Of a DNA stretch of 24,333 nt, positions 8,149 to 17,002 are shown piece after piece; the first letter of the stretch is position 1, and the number at the start of each line of letters is the position of its first letter. The translations under genes and the position numbers were made by a program. The notes beneath the pieces are model-generated. The model searched no databases and was not told the DNA's origin. It worked only from the letters and a program-made list of their open reading frames with translations. Source of the stretch: a virus. Taxonomy: Duplodnaviria > Caudoviricetes. The DNA lies in the IMG/VR virus record IMGVR_UViG_3300027852_000165, positions 1 to 24,333 of that record. One strand, written 5' to 3'.

Positions 8149-8574
8149 ATGAAAACCATTCAAAAAATAATCAATCTTCTTGAAGATATCATAACCGGGC
8201 GTGAGGGGTGGTGTGGGGATCACGGTGTCTATACTCCGCAACTAGACGCTAAAAACTGCAGACTTTTGTTAGAAGAAATTAAAGACATCCCCATTGAAGA
8301 TATTGGGAATGAATCTGTCTTTGAAATGGCTGAGTGCGCCGATAGATGGGAAGCCTTAATGTCATGTGACCGGATAAGGCATATTGGATCGGCAAGACTT
8401 GGGGATGAGTTTGGGCAAGTCCTTTGTGTTGAATTCCACTCTGACTCTGATGCTAAACAAAAAGACATAGCGGTAGACGCATTGAGAAAGTTTACAGACG
8501 CGATGATGCAAAGAAATGAATACTTAAAAGCAGGTGTTGATTTTATGATGAATACGGATTTTGGAGGAGAATAA
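8149..8574 (+). CDS. Hypothetical protein
   Basis: 141-aa ORF on the operon strand. Confidence 0.7.
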   Translation: MKTIQKIINLLEDIITGREGWCGDHGVYTPQLDAKNCRLLLEEIKDIPIEDIGNESVFEMAECADRWEALMSCDRIRHIGSARLGDEFGQVLCVEFHSDSDAKQKDIAVDALRKFTDAMMQRNEYLKAGVDFMMNTDFGGE

Positions 8575-8575
8575 A

Positions 8576-8881
8576 ATGTTTTCGAAATGCAAGGTTTGCT
8601 GTGGAGAGTTGGATTCTGGTAGGAACTGCATAAATGGTTGTGACCAGTCATCAGGTAAGACTTCATATGGCATCAAGCTTGATGCATCAACAAAAGCATT
8701 GGTGGAATTACAGCATAAATACCTTGAATTACAGCAAGAGAATACAAAACTAAAACAGGTTATTGAAGGCGCTTTGAAAATTTCAGATTTGTGGTATTCA
8801 CCACACGATGTGGCGTATATAAATTGTGAAGGGATGGCACTTAATACGATGTATAGAAATTTCCAGGAGGTAGTGAAATGA
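8576..8881 (+). CDS. Hypothetical protein (N-terminal Cys cluster, coiled coil)
   Basis: GGAGG RBS before ATG at 8576. Confidence 0.7.
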   Translation: MFSKCKVCCGELDSGRNCINGCDQSSGKTSYGIKLDASTKALVELQHKYLELQQENTKLKQVIEGALKISDLWYSPHDVAYINCEGMALNTMYRNFQEVVK

Positions 8882-9018
8882 CTTTTTATTTTATGATGTG
8901 TTCTTGGTTGGATGGTGAAGATCCTAATTATTACACTCACACTATTTTTCAAAAACTTTGGGTCAGAAACCAGATGTATTGGCATGAACATCACATAGCC
9001 GATTGCCTGGATTATTAA
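8878..9018 (+). CDS. Hypothetical 46-aa protein
   Basis: Read manually; ATGA overlap and GGAGG upstream. Confidence 0.4.
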   Translation: MTFYFMMCSWLDGEDPNYYTHTIFQKLWVRNQMYWHEHHIADCLDY

Positions 9019-9093
9019 CGTGAAATCGTGAAACATGAATACTAATTCATTACGGTAGTTAAATTATAAACCACATCGAAAAGGGAATAAACT

Positions 9094-9375
9094 ATGCCAG
9101 ATTCATTTATAATCCATAAATCATGTGGAGAATGTGCAAGAAGACTAAATAATAACGGTGGGTGTGTGCCTGATAAGTGTTTACCCGGGTATAAGCTCTT
9201 CCTTGATCCGATGGATGACCCGATAAAATATTGTTATTTGTGCCATGCGAGATTATTACGCCAATCTCCGGTCAATAATGGATCTAAAGAGTATAAGGTA
9301 ACTCCTTTGAAATGTCCTAAACATGGTATTGTTGGGTATGAAGAAAAGGGGTTTAGGAAGAAAAAAATAGTTTAA
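9094..9375 (+). CDS. Cys-rich hypothetical protein
   Basis: AAGGGA RBS; CGEC, CYLC, CPKHG. Confidence 0.7.
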   Translation: MPDSFIIHKSCGECARRLNNNGGCVPDKCLPGYKLFLDPMDDPIKYCYLCHARLLRQSPVNNGSKEYKVTPLKCPKHGIVGYEEKGFRKKKIV

Positions 9376-9426
9376 TGATTCAATATATAAAGTTGAATAG
9401 CTAAAAAGGCGTGGAACAGAATAAAC

Positions 9427-10176
9427 ATGAATGAATTAAGTCTCTTTTCAGGTGCAGGTGGTGGGATAATCGCATCTAAATTTTTATTAAAATGGAGAAC
9501 TATTGGATATGTTGAATGGAACGAACACTGTCAAAAAAGCCTCAAACAAAGAATACTCGAGGGGCTTATCGACACCGCCCCAATCTTTGGCGATATCGAA
9601 ACATTCATTAATTCAGGATGTGCAGAGCTTTACCGCGGTATTACAGACATCATATCAGCCGGTTTTCCGTGTCAACCGTTCAGTGTCGCAGGACACCAAA
9701 AAGCTGAGTGTGATGACAGGAATAAATGGCCCTCCACTTGCGAAGTTATCAAGACCGTCCAGCCAGGGGGAGTCTTTCTGGAAAATGTGCCAAACCTTAT
9801 TGGTACTGGATATATCGGAAACGTGCTTAAAGACCTTTCCGCGGCAGGGTATAATGCAAGATGGTTACATTTGGGGGCGGCACAAACAGGTTCAATCTGC
9901 AATGGTGCAAGGATCTGGATATTCGCTTCTAAGGCCAACAGCACAATGCTGGAAGGCGTGGACATTTCTAAACATATCAAGCCTGATACGAAAGAATCAT
10001 GCAGACGGCAACATTCAAGAGCAGTCGGCTCGATGCTTTCACAAGATGATTACACCAAACTCAAACGAAATCATGATGAGGTGGCCTGTGGGATGGAGCG
10101 ACTTAAAGCCATTGGAAATGGACAAGATCCAATCTTGGCAGCAACAGCATTTAATAAATTAAGCCGTGAAACATGA
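9427..10176 (+). CDS. C5 cytosine DNA methyltransferase (main/alpha polypeptide)
   Basis: Motif I LSLFSGAGG, motif IV GFPCQPFS, motif VI ENV, motif X RLKAIGNG; no evident motif IX. Confidence 0.9.
   Translation: MNELSLFSGAGGGIIASKFLLKWRTIGYVEWNEHCQKSLKQRILEGLIDTAPIFGDIETFINSGCAELYRGITDIISAGFPCQPFSVAGHQKAECDDRNKWPSTCEVIKTVQPGGVFLENVPNLIGTGYIGNVLKDLSAAGYNARWLHLGAAQTGSICNGARIWIFASKANSTMLEGVDISKHIKPDTKESCRRQHSRAVGSMLSQDDYTKLKRNHDEVACGMERLKAIGNGQDPILAATAFNKLSRET
9503..10162 (+). CDS. Overlapping +1-frame ORF, candidate MTase beta polypeptide with motif IX-like segment (start uncertain)
   Basis: 219 codons open inside the MTase gene; C-terminal ITPNSNEIMMRWPVGWSDL resembles the motif IX-type LxPxxxExxMGWPxGWT segment. 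Confidence 0.55.
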   Translation: MDMLNGTNTVKKASNKEYSRGLSTPPQSLAISKHSLIQDVQSFTAVLQTSYQPVFRVNRSVSQDTKKLSVMTGINGPPLAKLSRPSSQGESFWKMCQTLLVLDISETCLKTFPRQGIMQDGYIWGRHKQVQSAMVQGSGYSLLRPTAQCWKAWTFLNISSLIRKNHADGNIQEQSARCFHKMITPNSNEIMMRWPVGWSDLKPLEMDKIQSWQQQHLIN

Positions 10177-10265
10177 ATGATCGTTCACGGAACTTTATAA
10201 ATTATAATCCAAACTAAAAGGGGGTGATAAGTGAAGTGATAAGATAAACTACAAGTTGAGTTTTT

Positions 10266-10310
10266 AAAAGGGACCTGTCATCTGGAATAAAGGCCCCTTT
10301 TTTATTTTTT
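10266..10310 (+). terminator. Putative intrinsic terminator between accessory and late regions
   Basis: AAAAGGGACC...GGCCCCTTTT imperfect stem followed by a long T tract. Confidence 0.5.
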
Positions 10311-10415
10311 GTACTCAGTTTATCTGTTCTGAGTATAGGTTCAATGGTGTAACCCGCCGTCATATGTCAAAATGTAGACAATACAATCAGAAAAAGACTC
10401 TTTTTCGAGGAAAGT

Positions 10416-10835
10416 ATGATCCTGGCAAAAAATAAATATCAGAAATATTTAAAGTCGGATGATTGGGCGGCTATTAGGTGTGATTTAATATCTATGTATA
10501 ATAGTACCTGCCAATGCTGCTTGGAAAAAACAAAGAAACCGCAAATACACCATCTTACTTATGACAACATATTTTGTGAGAAACCTTGTGATTTAATTTT
10601 ACTTTGTCCTGGTTGTCATCAAAAAATACATGGCATTAAGCCAATTCAATCAAAGATAACACTTCAATACGCTCGTGAAATCATTATTGGCACATTCGGG
10701 CTGTCAAAAAAAGGCAAAAAGGGTTGGGGGTCATTAGCTACGGCTCTTGCTAAACAAATTGGCAAGAAACATAGGTTTAATAAAAAGTATGGGAAAATAT
10801 TTGTTAAAGGGTACCTCTTACGGAATGTTGGATGA
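10416..10835 (+). CDS. HNH endonuclease upstream of terminase
   Basis: YQKYLKSDDW, CQCC, IHHLTY, LILLCPGCHQKIH. Confidence 0.85.
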   Translation: MILAKNKYQKYLKSDDWAAIRCDLISMYNSTCQCCLEKTKKPQIHHLTYDNIFCEKPCDLILLCPGCHQKIHGIKPIQSKITLQYAREIIIGTFGLSKKGKKGWGSLATALAKQIGKKHRFNKKYGKIFVKGYLLRNVG

Positions 10836-11038
10836 ACTTTGAAACGTATCAGACACGGAAGCAGAGAGAAGCAAAATGTAAAGAAATGATAAACGATTTT
10901 TTACTACAGGGTGGAGCTATCAGGGTCATAGATACAGAATCAGTCAAGCAATTAGAATTCCCGGTAAGACCGAAGGGCCAGCAAATGCCAGGTCAACCAC
11001 TTGGTTGTTTACGTGTCCCGTCTTACGTAGGCAATTAA
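10832..11038 (+). CDS. Hypothetical protein
   Basis: ATGA-coupled to the HNH gene; FLLQGGAI motif. Confidence 0.6.
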   Translation: MNFETYQTRKQREAKCKEMINDFLLQGGAIRVIDTESVKQLEFPVRPKGQQMPGQPLGCLRVPSYVGN

Positions 11039-11255
11039 TGAAAAAACGTCAAAATTGCCCAAATAGACCAAAAATAGGCAATTGCCAGAAAAACAGGCGC
11101 CAGAATAGTGGCAAAAATCGCGTTTCAGGGCATAAGACATAGTACGGTATAGGGGTATTTTGATGAAAATATTCCAAAATAGGCAGAAAATGCAACTACC
11201 TGAAATTACATATACTAATTATACGATTCTCTGTAGGCGGGAGACTTCTTAAAAA

Positions 11256-11756
11256 ATGGCGGCACCAACAGGAAATCAGTTCTGGAAACAAAGAACAAAA
11301 CATGGGAGAGATGAATTATTCTCTACCCCGGAAATTCTTTGGGAGGCTTGCACCGAATATTTAGAATGGGTTGATAATAATCCTTTGATGGCATCTGAGG
11401 TTGTTAAGTTTCAAGGAGTTGGTACATTAACCGATGTTCCAAAAATGAGAGCCATGACACTTTCGGGGCTTTGCCTTTATCTCGATATAGATGAGGGCAC
11501 GTGGAGGAATTATTCTTCTAAAGAAGATTTTTTCAGCGTCACATCGCGAGTTAACAAAATTATTAGAACCCAAAAGTTCGAAGGAGCAGCGGCAGACCTG
11601 CTCAACGCCAATATTATAGCGAGAGACTTAGGGCTGAGGGATAAAAAAGATCAGGCAATATCCGGTCCTGATGGTGGCCCAATTAAAACAGAGCATACAG
11701 ATAAAACGATCTTTGAAATAGTAGACGCACCAGGGCGTGAAAGCACAGATACCTAG
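11256..11756 (+). CDS. terS: Terminase small subunit (P22 gp3-like)
   Basis: MAAPTGNQFWK..TKHGR..F.TPE.LWEAC, MRAMTLSGLCLYL, QKFEGAAADLLNANIIARDLGL. Confidence 0.92.
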   Translation: MAAPTGNQFWKQRTKHGRDELFSTPEILWEACTEYLEWVDNNPLMASEVVKFQGVGTLTDVPKMRAMTLSGLCLYLDIDEGTWRNYSSKEDFFSVTSRVNKIIRTQKFEGAAADLLNANIIARDLGLRDKKDQAISGPDGGPIKTEHTDKTIFEIVDAPGRESTDT

Positions 11757-12921
11757 AAAGTTTCTCCCTGTAACCCATGGGGGATATCGATATAAGGTAT
11801 ATCGAGGAGGAAGGGGGGGTGCTAAGTCAAGAACCTTTGCAAGTGCGCTGATTGGATTTGCAAGAGAGCAAAATGAAAGGATTCTTTGTTGTCGGGAAAT
11901 CCAGACATCAATCAAGAACTCAGTCAAACGGATTCTCGATGATGAGATCAGGCGACACGATCTTTGGGGAGAGTTTGAATCAACCCGGGATGAGATAAGG
12001 CACAAGACCACAGGGAGCCTTTTTATATTTGCAGGGTTAAGAACAGACCCGGACGCGATCAAAAGTATTGAGGGGATTACAAAGTGTTGGGTCGAAGAGG
12101 CCCACACGGTGTCTCAAAAGAGCTTGGACATCCTGATACCAACGATCAGAATCGAAGGATCGGAAATTTGGTTCAGTTACAATCCCAGGTTTGATGATGA
12201 TCCGGTTCACGCGATGTTTGGAGCCGAGCCACCGCCAAGGTCCCTGGTGCAAGATGTTCAATATTGGGATAACCCTTGGTTTCCTTCTGTACTAAGGGAG
12301 GAAATGGAATACTGTAAGGTTAAAGACTTTGACAAGTATTTGCACGTTTGGGAAGGCAAGACGGTTCAGCAGAGTGATGAGCAGGTTATGCATGGGTGCT
12401 GGAAGATTGAAGAAGTACCACAGCCGCCAAAGGATGCAATATTAAAATACGGGGTTGATTGGGGTTTCTCAAGTGATCCGATGGCGGTTATCAGATCATG
12501 GACGCATGACAAAACGCTTTACATTGATTATGAAGCAGGTGGGGTAGGAATTAAGACAGTGAATATTGCAAGCACTATTCGTACGGTTCCGGGGGCTGAC
12601 AGATGGCCGATAACCGCAGATTCACAAAGACCTGATACTATTGATTATGTCAAAGACCAGGGGTTCCATATTGATGGTGCTAAAAAGGGTAAGGGAAGTA
12701 TTGAGGATGGGATTGAATATATAAAAGGGTTTGATGTTATTATTGACCCACGGTGCAAGGAAACTATTGACGAATTTATTCATTATAAATTTAAAAAAGA
12801 TCCGCACACAAATAAAGTGTTGCCGATTATCATTGATGCTAATAATCATTGGATCGACGCGCTTAGATATAGTCACGAAGGGGCATACAGAAAGATTACA
12901 AGAGGTCTCGACTTAGGATGA
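11737..12921 (+). CDS. terL: Terminase large subunit (PBSX/Sf6-like)
   Basis: Walker A GGRGGAKS, Walker B WVEEA, SYNP, nuclease GVDWG..DP and NHWIDALRY. Confidence 0.95.
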   Translation: MKAQIPRKFLPVTHGGYRYKVYRGGRGGAKSRTFASALIGFAREQNERILCCREIQTSIKNSVKRILDDEIRRHDLWGEFESTRDEIRHKTTGSLFIFAGLRTDPDAIKSIEGITKCWVEEAHTVSQKSLDILIPTIRIEGSEIWFSYNPRFDDDPVHAMFGAEPPPRSLVQDVQYWDNPWFPSVLREEMEYCKVKDFDKYLHVWEGKTVQQSDEQVMHGCWKIEEVPQPPKDAILKYGVDWGFSSDPMAVIRSWTHDKTLYIDYEAGGVGIKTVNIASTIRTVPGADRWPITADSQRPDTIDYVKDQGFHIDGAKKGKGSIEDGIEYIKGFDVIIDPRCKETIDEFIHYKFKKDPHTNKVLPIIIDANNHWIDALRYSHEGAYRKITRGLDLG

Positions 12922-13625
12922 AATTCAAAAAGAAAATATACGGGTCCCCTGTCGTTAATCAGCACATAGCGAAGATTACCGGACAGAAAACGCACATAAG
13001 GCCGTATGTATGGATTTCAGGCAATAAAAAATATTCTCATATCACAGGGGGTATGGTCCTACCGACATTCACACAGCATGGCTTTTTACTGACGATAGGA
13101 GTTGAACCGGATACAAACAATTTTCACGTGATTGATGAATACGAGTCGGAAGATCCGTATCAAATTATTAAGAAGGCCCAGGGTATTCAAAAAGATTACG
13201 GGCCGGGTGTAATTGAAAACTGGTGGGGCAATCCTGCGGATCTAATGTCAATCGTGAATGAAGTTAATATCGAAGGAAACCCGATTTTGATCAGTCAACC
13301 GATTGATTTTGACATGCCAGACTCATTTGCCTTATACGTTACCCGGCTTAAAACATCCCTGGCGGCGTCACATAAGACCTTTTTCATTGGCGATGGAAAC
13401 ATATTACGAAATCACCTGTTGTCATTTGTAGAAGATAAAACAGCAAAGCCTGACTCGTATCCGGTTGTTGATATCACGGGGTCGTTAATCCACACACTGT
13501 TGATTATGAGACCTTGGGAGCAATCAGTTGACACAATGGAACTGATACCAACAACCCATGAGGACTATGCAGAGTACGAAAGCGAAAAAGCAATCAGAGA
13601 CCTGGAAATGGAGATATACGCATGA
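12918..13625 (+). CDS. Hypothetical protein coupled to TerL
   Basis: 235 aa; ATGA overlaps on both sides. Confidence 0.75.
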   Translation: MKFKKKIYGSPVVNQHIAKITGQKTHIRPYVWISGNKKYSHITGGMVLPTFTQHGFLLTIGVEPDTNNFHVIDEYESEDPYQIIKKAQGIQKDYGPGVIENWWGNPADLMSIVNEVNIEGNPILISQPIDFDMPDSFALYVTRLKTSLAASHKTFFIGDGNILRNHLLSFVEDKTAKPDSYPVVDITGSLIHTLLIMRPWEQSVDTMELIPTTHEDYAEYESEKAIRDLEMEIYA

Positions 13626-13825
13626 TTACGGACAAGATACTTATCATTATTGCTGTTTGTTTCCTTGTTCTGTTATTCACACATTATTTAGCCGTGAAAA
13701 TAGGCTTTACGATGGGAACCCAAACTAATCCAGACGTATTGATGTCAACTCCAAAAAAAACGAAAGCAGATCCATACATAGAGAAGCCAGACGAATTTGA
13801 CGAGGAGATGTTAGATTTTGAATAA
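13622..13825 (+). CDS. Small single-pass membrane protein
   Basis: N-terminal hydrophobic stretch ILIIIAVCFLVLLFTHYLAV; acidic tail. Confidence 0.7.
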   Translation: MITDKILIIIAVCFLVLLFTHYLAVKIGFTMGTQTNPDVLMSTPKKTKADPYIEKPDEFDEEMLDFE

Positions 13826-14159
13826 GAAAAAGTTTTGCTGCGAGTATTGTTATCAACCCATCGGTTATGTAGATATGGACAAGATATCAACTCCAATGAC
13901 ACCGGATATGTTTTCCAGCATAATGCCAGACCGGGGAGTGCCGGACCCGTTTCATATATCTCTGGAATGGAAAGACTTCAAATGTCCGTATTGTCATCTT
14001 AGACCGTTTCTTGAAGAAACAAGCCTTATGCTAATTGACGATCGAGGCAATCGGGAAAGGATTGAAATTAACAAGCCGGGATTTGTTTGTGAACGGTGCG
14101 GAAAAGAATACGCACATCAATCAAGCCTAATAAGGCACAGGAAAACTTGCAATGTCTGA
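13818..14159 (+). CDS. Zn-finger protein with C-terminal C2H2/C2HC-like finger
   Basis: CEYC..CPYC plus FVCERCGKEYAHQSSLIRHRKTC; GAGGAG RBS with TTG start. Confidence 0.75.
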   Translation: MNKKKFCCEYCYQPIGYVDMDKISTPMTPDMFSSIMPDRGVPDPFHISLEWKDFKCPYCHLRPFLEETSLMLIDDRGNRERIEINKPGFVCERCGKEYAHQSSLIRHRKTCNV

Positions 14160-16359
14160 TTATAATACAGAACTGATACCGGAGAAGGGAGCTGAAGGTG
14201 TAGGGCTTGCTGTTGCCAAGATGCTTGAAGAAATTCTGAAGTACCGGGAAGATATCAATCTGGCTGAACGGTGTAACGAATTTTACCTCCTTCGGAAAAA
14301 TAAGCACTGGAAAAACAAGAATCCAAAGATGAAGCTGGTTAGCGCCAATTTGTTGGGATCTAATCATCAGAAGATAGTTAATATGCTTACCGACAATAAC
14401 CCTACGTTTAATGCTGTCCAGGCCGGTGAAATGGGGGAGGGAAGTCAAGAGGCACTATCTTTAATCGTAAAAACAACAGATTCCTGGTACAACGAGACAG
14501 AACAGCAGCATCAACTTGAAGAATCCGTTCACCTTGGAGAGAGAGACGGTACGGTCGGTGAATTTTTATCGTTCAATCCAGATATAAACTTCCCGGACGG
14601 TGATGTCGAAACAGAATCGCTTGATATTCTTTACTATTCTCTTTACCCGCCTCGATGCAGAAAAGTTGAAAAAGCTCATGGTTTTTTAAGATGGTATCGA
14701 ATGACTGTCAGGGAAGCCCGGAGAAAATGGCCGGAACAAGCCGGAAACATATCAAGCGATCTATCCCTGCTGGCTCAGATTGGAGACGAACGGCAAGAAG
14801 AACAGAGGCAGTCAAGTTCCATTAAACAGATTATTCTTAATACGTTCACCAGATGGACATCCGGTAGCCAATCGTCCGGGTCGGAAGATGACTCAGACGA
14901 ATTGTTTGTCGTTGAAGCATGGGTTATCGACAAGTCAGTAAAAGACGGCAAGCCAGTTTATCCGGGAAATATTAGACGTGTGAAAGTATGTAATGCAGGG
15001 GATGTGGTATTATCTGATGATTACAACCCGTCTATAAATTCTGAGTTAGAGGACGATGTACTTCAAAAGCAATATCTTTATAATCGGTTACCGGTATCTC
15101 ATACTCAATCGGTTACGGACCCAAATAGTCCGATGGGGTTAGCTGATTTCGAACAATTGAAACAGCTAAATGTCGAAGTCAATAAATCCTTGAGCCAGTT
15201 CACGATGTTCAAGGATAAAACAGCACGCCCGAAAATAATTAATCCAAGAGATTCCGGGGTTACGAACGAAGAACTTGACAATAGAATGGGGATCATAAAC
15301 CCGACGAATCATTTAGTTGCTCAGGCAATTCGTTTTGTTGAATCACCCAAGATGCCTACCGATATAATGGCAGCGGCAAACATGTATAAGGATTTCTTCA
15401 ATGAAGTTGCAGGTTCTTTCAACGATGTTATGCAAGGCCAGAAACGAGGCTCAGAAGTAATAGCCGCTAAAGCAATCGCAATGCTGTTAGAAGAAGCAAG
15501 CAGGATGGCAAGGGGTAAGATACGAAACTATTCTAAAATGCTTAGAGAGCGTGGAAGAATGTTCCTGTCCCTGGCACAAAGCTTCTATACTACTCCAAGA
15601 TATATTACGTTTCAAAAACAGGGCAAGGACGAAACCCAAAAGATCACCCGTGAAGACTTACAGATCCCCGGAAAGATTAATGTTGTATCAGGGTCCACGC
15701 TTCCAGTTTCAAATATCCAAAGACGTGAGGAAGCTCTTGCTTTATATAAGATGGGATCAATCGATCAAGAAGAACTACTCAAGAAACTTGATTGGGATAA
15801 TTACTCCGATGTTGTTGAGAGGATGCAGAGGGGGCCTATTGGCGAATATATTGAAAAGATTGCCATGCTTGATATACCTGGCGAAATTTTACAATTGCTT
15901 CAGCGCCTTGTAGAAATGGATGAAAAAGAGATTGAGAAGGCCATAAAAGATGGTGATCTCTTACCGTTCACACAATTATTACAAGAGCTGGCACAGGGCA
16001 AACCAGAAGAAAAACCAAACCCTGAAATGATCAAAGCCCAGGCAGATATTGAAATCAAAGCCCATAAAAACCAGATAGATGATAAAAAAGTACAAATTGA
16101 AGAAGCCAAAACCCAGGCAGAAATTCAACTTATAACAGAAAAGATCCAGACTGAAATAGTCGAGAGAGACTTAAAAGTTCAAGAAGGACAGATCAAGGTT
16201 GAAGGCCTGCGGCTTGACAACGAAAACATGAAGATCCAGAGGGCTGAAGCTGTTGCAAGAATCAGAAACGATGATAAGGAATTGAAAGGGCGTAACGATA
16301 AGGACGGAAAGTACGATGATAGGGAGATCCGGTCTAACAATCAAACAATAGAGGTTTAG
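14152..16359 (+). CDS. Portal protein (P22-like, long C-terminal coiled coil)
   Basis: 735 aa, located between TerL and scaffold; LKQLNVEVNK, VVSGSTLP..RREEALALY; helical K/E/Q-rich C-terminus. Confidence 0.85.
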   Translation: MSDYNTELIPEKGAEGVGLAVAKMLEEILKYREDINLAERCNEFYLLRKNKHWKNKNPKMKLVSANLLGSNHQKIVNMLTDNNPTFNAVQAGEMGEGSQEALSLIVKTTDSWYNETEQQHQLEESVHLGERDGTVGEFLSFNPDINFPDGDVETESLDILYYSLYPPRCRKVEKAHGFLRWYRMTVREARRKWPEQAGNISSDLSLLAQIGDERQEEQRQSSSIKQIILNTFTRWTSGSQSSGSEDDSDELFVVEAWVIDKSVKDGKPVYPGNIRRVKVCNAGDVVLSDDYNPSINSELEDDVLQKQYLYNRLPVSHTQSVTDPNSPMGLADFEQLKQLNVEVNKSLSQFTMFKDKTARPKIINPRDSGVTNEELDNRMGIINPTNHLVAQAIRFVESPKMPTDIMAAANMYKDFFNEVAGSFNDVMQGQKRGSEVIAAKAIAMLLEEASRMARGKIRNYSKMLRERGRMFLSLAQSFYTTPRYITFQKQGKDETQKITREDLQIPGKINVVSGSTLPVSNIQRREEALALYKMGSIDQEELLKKLDWDNYSDVVERMQRGPIGEYIEKIAMLDIPGEILQLLQRLVEMDEKEIEKAIKDGDLLPFTQLLQELAQGKPEEKPNPEMIKAQADIEIKAHKNQIDDKKVQIEEAKTQAEIQLITEKIQTEIVERDLKVQEGQIKVEGLRLDNENMKIQRAEAVARIRNDDKELKGRNDKDGKYDDREIRSNNQTIEV

Positions 16360-16361
16360 TC

Positions 16362-16748
16362 ATGAAAATAATCCACGATTACCAATGCGAAGTCTGCCAA
16401 GAAGTAACCGAGTTTTACGTTGATTCAAAAGACCAGTCTAAAAAAGTATGCCCGATTTGTAATGGATATTGCACTAAGGTCTTCTTGCCTCAGAAACGGG
16501 ATACGGTTGATGCTCCATGGATAAGTACAGTCCTGGAGGTTGTCGAAAAAGGATCAGATAAGCCTCATTGTAACGAGTTTCTAAAGCACCCCACACGGGC
16601 AAATTACAATACCTGGAAGAACAAAGAAGGTGTCCGGCATCTTGAGCAAGGAGAAAGAAAGTCAAAGAATGATAATACTTTTAAGAAAGCTCAGATGAAA
16701 AAAGAACTTCATCGGCGTTATCGAGAACGGGAGGCTGTTAGCATATGA
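16362..16748 (+). CDS. FmdB-like zinc-ribbon protein
   Basis: IHDYQCEVC...CPICNG; typical position after the portal. Confidence 0.8.
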   Translation: MKIIHDYQCEVCQEVTEFYVDSKDQSKKVCPICNGYCTKVFLPQKRDTVDAPWISTVLEVVEKGSDKPHCNEFLKHPTRANYNTWKNKEGVRHLEQGERKSKNDNTFKKAQMKKELHRRYREREAVSI

Positions 16749-16891
16749 CCGAAGCTAAAGCCAAAAAGATCAGAAATGACATTGAAGCATTGTGCAAACA
16801 GCATGGTTTGTGGCTTGAGGTCAGCGAAAAGAAAAAACCTGAGTTGAAGGATATAATATTAACTATCAGCGTGAGGATTACGGAGAGATGA
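16745..16891 (+). CDS. Hypothetical 48-aa protein (MTEAKAKKIRNDIEALC...)
   Basis: Read manually; ATGA overlap and GGAGG RBS. Confidence 0.55.
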   Translation: MTEAKAKKIRNDIEALCKQHGLWLEVSEKKKPELKDIILTISVRITER

Positions 16892-16959
16892 TTAAAGATT
16901 CAAGCGGTTAGCATAAAGCAATTCCGCTACTTATAACATAACTCAAACGAGGACCACAG

Positions 16960-17002
16960 AAGCCCGTTGAGGTTGGAGAAATCCAGCTTTAACGGGCTTT
17001 TT
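16960..17002 (+). terminator. Long GAAA-capped hairpin with T tract upstream of the scaffold gene
   Basis: AAGCCCGTTGAGGTTGGA-GAAA-TCCAGCTTTAACGGGCTT followed by TTT. Confidence 0.65.

Noticed and set aside
1000-10200. Classical integron (attC) array
   Set aside because: No consistent RYYYAAC...GTTRRRY hairpins at gene ends and no integrase in the window.
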